DNA of 64,000 nucleotides, taken from assembly GCA_963666925.2 (NCBI GenBank), contig CAXXTC010000006.1:32001-96000 (forward strand), read 5' to 3'. Position numbers and translations under genes: made by a program. This stretch comes from Phycisphaerae bacterium (GTDB taxonomy: Bacteria > Planctomycetota > Phycisphaerae > UBA1845 > Fen-1342). The notes beneath the pieces were generated by a model. The model was given only the letters and a program-made list of their open reading frames with translations. It made no database searches and was not told the DNA's origin. This document shows positions 47,578 through 55,205 of the stretch, in pieces (position 1 is the first letter of the stretch; the number at the start of each line of letters is the position of its first letter).

Positions 47578-47889
47578 CTACCAAACGTCCCGGCCCGCCG
47601 TGGAGCGCAATCGTCGCAACAACCAGCGTACGCCTACAACAACCACCGCGAGCATCAGATATCCAGCGCCGATGTCGATGATCAGCGGCACCCACCACCA
47701 GGCGTGCAACGCTTCCAGCGGCAGGATCAACAGCCCCAAACAGCCGGCCAGACCGCCGACAAACGGCACCAACGAATGGTGCTCTCCATGAAGACGAGCG
47801 CGAATCGCCAGGATGATGTTGGTTGTTGCCGCCCCGGCAAAAAACACCAGCAACAACCCACCGATTAACCAACGCAGTACGTCTGACAT
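47578..47889 (-). CDS. Small hypothetical membrane protein
   Basis: About three TM segments; SLVPFVGG...WWWVPLIIDIG. Confidence 0.7.
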   Translation of the reverse strand: MSDVLRWLIGGLLLVFFAGAATTNIILAIRARLHGEHHSLVPFVGGLAGCLGLLILPLEALHAWWWVPLIIDIGAGYLMLAVVVVGVRWLLRRLRSTAGRDVW

Positions 47890-47899
47890 GCCGCCTACT

Positions 47900-48018
47900 C
47901 TAACCTGCCCGCGGGCGCTGCCGCCGTGCCACTGCTCTGTGAGCAGTGCATTCGCAGTAACGTCGGCTCACCAAGGCAACCGACCGTAATCGAAAACGCC
48001 CTAACCTGCCCGCGGGCG
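47900..48018. repeat. 18-bp direct repeat pair flanking a REP-like hairpin
   Basis: CTAACCTGCCCGCGGGCG at 47900-47917 and 48001-48018; GTGCCACTGCTCTGTGAGCAGTG at 47926-47948 lies between them. Confidence 0.85.
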
Positions 48019-48417
48019 ATGGTGGTCTCGCTCCCGGATCTGCCGCAATCCGCCCAGACTGGCGAAGATAATGCTCCCGAAGCCCCACAGTCCCACGCCG
48101 CAGGCAGCCGCGGTCACCAACGTCCTCAAGCCAACTTCCCCTGCCAAAACCTCCCGTCCCGCCGGCACCAATCCCCAGACCACAACGCCCGCCAGCGCCG
48201 CAATGCCCAGCACCAATCCGACCAGCACCGCCGGCAAGGGCGGCGGCGGCAGGATCAACGCAGCACACTGGTCACATTGAAAGGGCCGAGTAAGCCAAAA
48301 GAACTGGTCGCGGTACGCTTTTCGCGGAGCCGGCCGCAGCGTCCCCACATTACAAATCGGACACCGCAGCGACTCATCGCGTGGATTGTGCCGGTCCTTC
48401 GACATCCCCAACTCCAA
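48001..48417 (-). CDS. Zinc-ribbon plus two-TM hypothetical protein
   Basis: CPIC...CDQC followed by two hydrophobic helices. Confidence 0.6.
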   Translation of the reverse strand: MELGMSKDRHNPRDESLRCPICNVGTLRPAPRKAYRDQFFWLTRPFQCDQCAALILPPPPLPAVLVGLVLGIAALAGVVVWGLVPAGREVLAGEVGLRTLVTAAACGVGLWGFGSIIFASLGGLRQIRERDHHRPRAG

Positions 48418-48437
48418 TTCACTCTCGCGTGTTTCAA

Positions 48438-48803
48438 CTAACCCGTGTGCAAGCGCCGCTCATACTCATCCAGACGTGCCAGAAGCTGCGCCGGCATTCC
48501 GCCAAAGTTGGCCGCGATCTCCGGTGCCGAATGTACATCGTGCAGAAAATGCCCCATCAGGCTAACAATATCGTACAACTCCGGCGGAAGCTGCTCAATC
48601 TGTTTCTCAACACGCCCACCATCGAGCACGTTCAGAATGATGTAAAACGAGACCTTCTGACAGGCCACGTCGCTCGCCCGGTCGTCCAGTTCCACCGCCA
48701 GTTCGAGCATTTCGCGTACCATCTTCGCCACAGCCGGCGCATCCGGCGGATCCGACTCGATCGCGGCCATCAGCCGCGAGAGAAGTTGGTCAACATCGTT
48801 CAC
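48438..48803 (-). CDS. Hypothetical helical protein
   Basis: 121-aa ORF overlapping the upstream stop (GTGA), acidic and helical. Confidence 0.6.
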   Translation of the reverse strand: MNDVDQLLSRLMAAIESDPPDAPAVAKMVREMLELAVELDDRASDVACQKVSFYIILNVLDGGRVEKQIEQLPPELYDIVSLMGHFLHDVHSAPEIAANFGGMPAQLLARLDEYERRLHTG

Positions 48804-49859
48804 TGCTGGTGGGCTCCGCTTCTGAACTCATCCGGCAGAACGCCGGTCAGCCAGAAGGTCCGGTAGACATCTTCAAGGCACTGCAGACTAACGCCCAGCT
48901 TCGCCGGCAACCACTCGACCCAATCCTCCGGCTGAATCCACTCTCGGCACGCGGTCAACAGCAGCCCTCTCAGGTAACCGGTGTGATTATTCATCAATGC
49001 CAGGCAGCATAGCAAAGAGTATGCGCCGTGACAGAAGGAGCGGCGCAACGGCTCGTCCTCACGCGTGCGTGTAAGCAACTCATGAACTGACCAGTACTCA
49101 TCCTTCACCGCATGTCGTCGCCCGGGCGGCACCTGATCCACCGCAAGACACTCTGGCAGGTCGATTGCCCGATCGTGAAAGAAACGCACCTCCATCGCGA
49201 TCGCCAGCGCCTCCTCGATGGCCGCTGGAAACCACCAATACCCTTCCGTCGCCAGCCCCTTAAACGCGTGCGTCAGTTCGTGCAGCCACACGCGCTCCAC
49301 GTCCCGCAACGTCTGGTAGGGCTTCATGCTCATCACTACCGCGTTGTGCTCCTGGTTCCAGTACGCACGGTGCCGCTCGTCGTCGAGAAACCCGGCCAGC
49401 CCCGCGGGCACCGTGGCGAAATCCACTTCGCGGCCGAAGAAGTAGACCGCGATGCGCGGCAGCCGGCGGCCGCAGCGGCAGGTATTCGAGCCAGGCAGCG
49501 CGTAGCGCCGTCATCATACGCACGTCGAGGCCGCGCACGTGGTCAAGTTCACTGTCAACACAGCCGACACACACGAAGCTCGCTTCGCGGTGCCGGATAA
49601 TGCTGACGAGCAAACGCGAACGCAGCGTCCGGCCGGCGCGCCAGCCCCGCAGCCGCCTCTTCAAGCAACGGCGCTGTCGCTCAATGCGGTGAGCCAGGCG
49701 CAACGGGTAAACGAAATCGCGGCCCTCCGGCGACTGCGGATTGCCACCGGTGGGATGAAGCAGCCGGTGAATGAGGATCGTATCCAGCGACATTGCCCGG
49801 CCTGGCCGCTCCGGCTCATCAGGAGTACCCGAGTGGTTTCCAGTCGCCTGTTCGTACAT
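48800..49859 (-). CDS. Putative HExxH (gluzincin-type) metallopeptidase-like protein; apparent frameshift near 49470
   Basis: WLHELTHA and a downstream IEEALA; ORF 49260-49859 shifts into RLPRIAVYFFGREVDF of ORF 48800-49426. Confidence 0.6.
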
Positions 49860-49891
49860 CTAACGGGCTCCCCGCTGCGGCCGCGACCAAT

Positions 49892-49918
49892 CCGCTCATG
49901 ATGCTCGATTCGCAACGA
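49892..49918. repeat. 27-bp direct repeat, right copy
   Basis: CCGCTCATGATGCTCGATTCGCAACGA. Confidence 0.85.
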
Positions 49919-50016
49919 AACCGGAAACTCACCCCCGCATGGTCGCCTTGCCATTACAAACGCCCGGCTCGACGTTGATACGCGTGAACATGGTCGGCCT
50001 CCGACCCCCGGCGGAA

Positions 50017-50091
50017 TGGTGGCGGACGGACTTGAACCGTCGACCTTGGGGTTATGAATCCCACGCTCTAAACCAGCTGAGCTACGCCACC
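50017..50091 (-). tRNA. tRNA-Met (CAT), probably elongator; CCA not encoded
   Basis: GGTGGCG/CGCCACC acceptor stem, GCTC/GAGC D stem, TTCATAA anticodon loop, GACGG-TTCAAGT-CCGTC T arm; G1-C72 is paired. Confidence 0.93.
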
Positions 50092-50288
50092 AACATTGTC
50101 CCACAAACCCGGCCCAGGACCCTGACGGCCCGCAAAACCAAGCTCGCGGTCGGAATCTCGTAGTATATCCACCGATCAGCAGATAACCAGCCCTCCTCCC
50201 ACGCAAGCGCCCGCCCCAAACCACGCACACCACCGCGATCCCCCCGCACAACTCCACCCGCCCACTCTCAATCCTCACCCCATCCCAC

Positions 50289-50335
50289 TTGACCACGACT
50301 CTATTCAGTATTACATTTTCACCATTCGTAATACT
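50289..50335 (+). promoter_or_regulatory. Sigma70-type promoter overlapped by a palindromic operator (NikR-like)
   Basis: TTGACC(50289)-N17-TACATT(50312); AGTATTAC-N13-GTAATACT at 50307-50335. Confidence 0.65.
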
Positions 50336-50385
50336 ACTGCAACCCTGGCAATGCAACCACAACCCGCTCTCTGGAGGATTCGAAG

Positions 50386-51525
50386 ATGCACGCCCGTTCG
50401 CTGACCGCCGTCCTCGTCGTCGCCCTGGTGGCCATGCTTGCAACCCCCACCCTGACTCGGGCCGACGACCCCGATTGGTCCACCATGCCCTACACCTTGC
50501 ACAGCGACTATCAGGCCGTCGACATCGACGGCTTCGGCACATTCCCCCTGACCGAACCGATCAAGATCCAGGGGATCTGGCTCAACGATCCCGATCTGAT
50601 GCTCGATACCTCCGCCGCCGCCCCGGCCTACATGGGCGGACAGTGGCAGGTCTACCTCCAGGCCGCTACCGAAGACGATTTCGGCGGAACCGCCCTCTGG
50701 ATGGGCCAGTACGTCGGCAAGATGAGCGGAAACCACCCCGAAGGCAGCTACACTGACGAGGAATGGCTGGCCGAGGTCGATCGCGTCAGCCACGACCCCG
50801 ACACCGGCTACCCCTTCGCCCCGGGCGACCTGGTCGAGATCCACGCCCGCGCACCAGGCCTCTCCTACCGCGGCAAAACCAACGTCAACGAGCAGCACAG
50901 CATCAACCCCGCCCTTGATTTTGATATCGTGCTGATCACCGAGGCCGCCGGCCTGCCCCGACCCGCCGTGCTCACCCTCGCCGACCTCAAGGACATCAAT
51001 GACGACTTCATCTTCGACTCCACCCGAATGACCGGCGCCGAGCACTACCAGGGTTCACTCATTCGCATCAACGACGTGCTCTTCGACGACGTCACCAACT
51101 GGGCCCCCGAAGCGGAGCTGACAATCGTCGACGGTACCGGCCGATCGCTACCCGTGCAGTTCGGTCGCGGCGCCGGCTTCACCGATTACACCGCCCCCAC
51201 CGGGGCGATCGACATCATCGGCATCTTCGATCAGGAAGACACCGACGACACCGATGGCTACATGGACGGATATCGCCTCTGGGTCCTCGACTATGATGGC
51301 TGCGGCTGCATTCTGCCGGCTCCGTTCGCCCTCGCCGGCGACACAAACTGCGACGGGCTCATTAACTTCGACGACATCAACCCATTCGTGACGGCTATCG
51401 TATCGCAGAGCAGTTACGAAGCCGACTGGCCCTGCTGCATCTTCCTCAACGCCGACTGCAACTCCGATACCGCAGTCAACTTCGACGACATCGACCCGTT
51501 CGTGGAGCTGCTGATTGCCGGATAA
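50386..51525 (+). CDS. Secreted acidic protein with C-terminal dockerin-like domain
   Basis: GGAGG RBS; signal peptide; OB-fold-like segments; GDTNCDGLINFDDINPFV / ADCNSDTAVNFDDIDPFV. Confidence 0.88.
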   Translation: MHARSLTAVLVVALVAMLATPTLTRADDPDWSTMPYTLHSDYQAVDIDGFGTFPLTEPIKIQGIWLNDPDLMLDTSAAAPAYMGGQWQVYLQAATEDDFGGTALWMGQYVGKMSGNHPEGSYTDEEWLAEVDRVSHDPDTGYPFAPGDLVEIHARAPGLSYRGKTNVNEQHSINPALDFDIVLITEAAGLPRPAVLTLADLKDINDDFIFDSTRMTGAEHYQGSLIRINDVLFDDVTNWAPEAELTIVDGTGRSLPVQFGRGAGFTDYTAPTGAIDIIGIFDQEDTDDTDGYMDGYRLWVLDYDGCGCILPAPFALAGDTNCDGLINFDDINPFVTAIVSQSSYEADWPCCIFLNADCNSDTAVNFDDIDPFVELLIAG

Positions 51526-51529
51526 GAGT

Positions 51530-52249
51530 ATGCCACTTGATGGATACACCAGGGATGATCGCCACGCCGGCTTCACGCTGATCGAGCTGCTCGTCTGCGT
51601 GGCGATCATCGCCATACTCGTCTCGCTGCTACTGCCGGCCCTCGGACACGCCCGGCTACACGCCAAGGTAGTGCGCGTGCACGCAGACCTGCGCCAGATC
51701 GGCACCGTCCTCGAAGCCTACGCGATGGACAATCGCGAGGACTTCCCACCCACACGCATGGGCTGCTCACAGACCGTCGAGTGCCAGTTGCCGGAGGAGC
51801 TCGCCACCGGCGGATACCTACCCCCGCCACCCGTAGATGACCGGCGCCACCAGGCCCAGTTCGAAGATCTCTTTGCCCCGGGGCAAACCTACCGCTACCG
51901 TGCCCCGGGGCCCGTCTGGTACAACGGCACCTACTACGATCTCCCAAATCAGCCCTGGCGACCGCGATCGTGGATCTGGGTGCCGGAAGATTTCCCCCAC
52001 TGCACCAGCGAAGAGATGACCCGCTACCGCGACCTGCCAGACGAGGATCCCCCCTGCCCGGTCAGCTACGCCATCTGGAGCGTCGGACCTGAGCCCGAAG
52101 CCGAACGCTTCCCCCGCGTCGAAGGCAGCACCGACGTGGACGACACCCGGTTCCCACTGCCCCAGAAATTCTGGCTCACCCCGGGCGATCGCGAGGGTCT
52201 GATAACCCATTTCCGCGACACCGCCGGCTTCTTCCACACCAGTCCATGA
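51530..52249 (+). CDS. Prepilin-type N-terminal cleavage/methylation domain protein
   Basis: HAGFTLIELLVCVAIIAILVSLLLPAL...LRQIG; later WSVGP. Confidence 0.9.
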   Translation: MPLDGYTRDDRHAGFTLIELLVCVAIIAILVSLLLPALGHARLHAKVVRVHADLRQIGTVLEAYAMDNREDFPPTRMGCSQTVECQLPEELATGGYLPPPPVDDRRHQAQFEDLFAPGQTYRYRAPGPVWYNGTYYDLPNQPWRPRSWIWVPEDFPHCTSEEMTRYRDLPDEDPPCPVSYAIWSVGPEPEAERFPRVEGSTDVDDTRFPLPQKFWLTPGDREGLITHFRDTAGFFHTSP

Positions 52250-52354
52250 CAGGCCGGCCGCGGCCGAACTCATCCATCGGCCCGCCGGCCCCGGGGGTCC
52301 GCGCAAAAACCTGCCACCAACAGCAGCATTTGCGCCGCCGCTAACACCGACCGG

Positions 52355-52383
52355 TCAAGGCTGCGCACCGCTCGCACCGATAA
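52355..52383 (+). promoter_or_regulatory. Putative sigma28/FliA-like promoter
   Basis: TCAA-N17-ACCGATAA upstream of the coiled-coil gene. Confidence 0.5.
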
Positions 52384-52566
52384 ACACTCTTGTGCTTGAA
52401 CGCCGACGGGTGGCAAGTCGCCCGGGCGCGAGCACGCCGCGGCGGGAGCTCCCGCCAGCCGCTCCTGACGCGCAAATACCGCACGGAACAACAACACATG
52501 AAGAAGCCGCAGGACCGAGTCCCAGCAAGAAGCGTGAGAAAGTCGGAAAACCCGGAGGCCTCCTCG

Positions 52567-53667
52567 ATGAGCAGTGATGCGAAGCCCAGCAATACCAAGT
52601 CGGACAACCAGATCCAGCGCGAACAGACGCACGGCGGTGATGGAGACTCCGGCGGGACAACGACTGCAACGGTGTACCCGAAGGCACCGCAGCGCTTGCA
52701 GGATACATTCACGGACGAGCGCAACGACGTACTGACCGTGATCAACGAGCTGGAGGATCAGCTCGATCGCCAGCAGGAAATCCGCGAGGCACTCGAACGC
52801 GAACTGACCAGCACCAACGAAAACCTTCAGGACGCCAACCAGCGGAACCAGGAGCTGGAGTGGCAGACGGTGACGTTGCAGACGCGGGTCGACGCGCTCG
52901 AGCAGCTCAAGCAGGAGGTCAGCGCCCTCGAAGAGGAGCTGACCGACGCGAACACGCGCGCTCAGCGGATCAACGACCAGTTCATCGAGGCCGACAAGGA
53001 CCGCGCCCGCTTCAAGAACGAGCTCAAGGCCGCCAACAAACAGCTCGACGAACTGTGGACGGTGCGTAAGGAGCGCGACGGGTTGCGCACCGAGTGCCGC
53101 AATCTTTCGATGAAGGTCGAAGAGCTCGAACGCGTCCAGCGCGACCTGGTCGAGCAGCGCAGCCAGTTGCAGCTCCAGACCCAGGACCTCCAGGCCGACC
53201 TGGAGGGAATCCAGACCGACCGCAGCAAGCTCGAGGAGCTCACCCGCCAGCAGACCGACCGCGTCCGCGAGCTGGGCCAGATCCAGGAATCCCTCGCCGA
53301 GAAGGTCGAGGCCCTTCGCACCGAAAAGAAGAACATCCAGGTGCAGATCGCCCACCTCGAACGCGAAAACTCCCGGCTGGCCGAGCAGCGCCAGTTCTAC
53401 GAGGGCGAGGTCACCACGCTGCGCAGCCAGAACCGCACCGCCGAGGCGGCCCTGACGAGCGTGAAGAAGGCCTTCAGCGAGGTACGCGTGGCCCTGACCG
53501 AGACGCGTGCCCGGGCCCGCCGCCGGGTCGTCGACACCTGGCCGCGAGTCGGCTCACCGCTGGAAGGCGTAATTCCCCCGACCCACGGAAAGCTGGACCA
53601 GGAGCCCGCCGCCGCCACCGCAGGCTCCAGCAGCAAGGCTGATAACACCACGAAATCGGAGAGCTGA
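52567..53667 (+). CDS. Long soluble coiled-coil protein
   Basis: GGAGG before ATG; about 280 aa of heptad E/Q/L/R sequence with low-complexity ends. Start could be 52498. Confidence 0.8.
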   Translation: MSSDAKPSNTKSDNQIQREQTHGGDGDSGGTTTATVYPKAPQRLQDTFTDERNDVLTVINELEDQLDRQQEIREALERELTSTNENLQDANQRNQELEWQTVTLQTRVDALEQLKQEVSALEEELTDANTRAQRINDQFIEADKDRARFKNELKAANKQLDELWTVRKERDGLRTECRNLSMKVEELERVQRDLVEQRSQLQLQTQDLQADLEGIQTDRSKLEELTRQQTDRVRELGQIQESLAEKVEALRTEKKNIQVQIAHLERENSRLAEQRQFYEGEVTTLRSQNRTAEAALTSVKKAFSEVRVALTETRARARRRVVDTWPRVGSPLEGVIPPTHGKLDQEPAAATAGSSSKADNTTKSES

Positions 53668-53906
53668 AACACCCGCCGGCCGAACCCGCCGGCTCAAAAA
53701 CGTGAAACTGCGGCGAATCAATCGGCTGGCCCGTGGCTTCGGCCCCGGGCCCAGCCGCTGCGCCGCTTTCAGGCGGTGCCGAACAAGGACGGTCGGCACC
53801 GCCTTGTTATTATGAGCAACCCACCCACGCTTGCCCGGACACCATCTCTCGCCCCTATAATGCCACCACGTAGCCTGAAAACTCACCCGGCCAGGAGAAT
53901 GCTGAC

Positions 53907-55124
53907 ATGAGAATCGGCCTGTTGCTATGCGTCGTGGCGTTGATGGTCATGGGCGGTTGCCCGGAGAGTAGTAGCAGCCCCGTGACGGCGGTCATCGGCG
54001 TCACCGCAACGACGGGCACCGCTCCATTCACAGTCACCTTCACCGCGTCCGCCTCGATCAGCACCAACGACGGAACGCTCACCTACGCCTGGGACTTCGA
54101 CGACGGCAGCTCCTCAACTGCCGAAATCGTTACGCACACCTTCGCAAACCCCGGACGCTACGTCGTTAGTCTCACCGCCACCGACGCAACCGGAGCCGAA
54201 GACGTCGCCGCCCAGATCATCCGCGCCGCCGGCACTTCCGCGACTGCCGTCATCACAACCGACGTCACCAGCGGCACAGTACCCCTCCTCGTCCAGTTCG
54301 ACGCCACCTCCAGCGTCGTCCCCGACGACACCATCTACGATTACTTCTGGGACTTCGGCGACGGCGGCGAATCACGCGAAGCCAGCCCCTCCTACCTCTT
54401 CGAATACGACGGCACCTACACCGTCACCCTGCGAATCGTCACCGCCGGCGGACTCGAAGACACCACCACCACCACCATAACCGTCGGTGAGCGCGAAGGC
54501 TCCCTCCAGTTCGCCGGCAGCGACTTCGCCACCCTCCCGCTCGACACCGCCCGCACCCTCGCCACCTGCACCTTCGAAGCCTGGGTCAGTGCCGAATCCT
54601 CCGGCGGAACCGTCGCAACGCTCGGCTCCGGCGCCCTCACCATCGAAATGGCCCCCAGCACCAACACCATTCGCCTCCAGGTCAACGGCGACCCAACCGA
54701 CGGCACCGCAACCAGCCTCGCCGCCGGCTGGCGACACGTAGCCGTCGTCTATGACGGCACCGACGACGGCACCGGCAACGGATCAGCCACGCTATACCTC
54801 GACGGCGTCGCCCTGGTCTCATCAACTCCGACCGCCGGCGACCTCACCATCGACGAAATCACGCTCGGCGTCGGTTTCACCGGCAGCATCGCCGAGGTCC
54901 GTTTCTGGACCGACGTCCGCACCGCCGCCGAAATCACCGCACTCATCAACCAACGAGCGACCGGCTCTGAAACCGACCTGCTGTGCTACTACGAACTCTC
55001 GGCCGGCAGCGGCCAAACGCTGACAAATCGCGGCAGCGACGGAACCGCCGGCGTGCTCGGCGCAACGGACGAGGTCGAAGACACCGACCCCGCCTGGGGC
55101 ACCGATAGCCCACCACTGGAATAA
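53907..55124 (+). CDS. Lipoprotein with two PKD domains and a LamG-like domain
   Basis: MGGC lipobox; YAWDFDDG and YFWDFGDG; WRHVAVVYD, LYLDG, FTGSIAEVRFW. Confidence 0.9.
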   Translation: MRIGLLLCVVALMVMGGCPESSSSPVTAVIGVTATTGTAPFTVTFTASASISTNDGTLTYAWDFDDGSSSTAEIVTHTFANPGRYVVSLTATDATGAEDVAAQIIRAAGTSATAVITTDVTSGTVPLLVQFDATSSVVPDDTIYDYFWDFGDGGESREASPSYLFEYDGTYTVTLRIVTAGGLEDTTTTTITVGEREGSLQFAGSDFATLPLDTARTLATCTFEAWVSAESSGGTVATLGSGALTIEMAPSTNTIRLQVNGDPTDGTATSLAAGWRHVAVVYDGTDDGTGNGSATLYLDGVALVSSTPTAGDLTIDEITLGVGFTGSIAEVRFWTDVRTAAEITALINQRATGSETDLLCYYELSAGSGQTLTNRGSDGTAGVLGATDEVEDTDPAWGTDSPPLE

Positions 55125-55205
55125 TCCGCCAGCGCGGGGCCATCTCGTTGGGTGCCATGTTTGCCCGTATGAAGTGCCCCATTCCCCAAAAACGTTGTTA
55201 CGCTG

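Noticed and set aside
46452..49990. Integron cassette array (GTTAGAT/GTTAGAG before starts, YTAAC motifs)
   Set aside because: No properly paired RYYYAAC...GTTRRRY attC hairpins between the genes and no intI; kept only as a generic islet.
50017..50091. Initiator tRNA-fMet, or a tRNA 3'-end att duplication
   Set aside because: G1-C72 is paired and the three consecutive G-C pairs at 29-31 are missing; no duplicate of the 3' end was found in the window. Ile2 cannot be formally excluded.
52270..53355. Long antisense ORFs (also 9765-10643, 38440-39672, 56635-59349 and 59229-60650)
   Set aside because: Typical stop-poor shadow frames of GC-rich genes, with no recognisable motifs.
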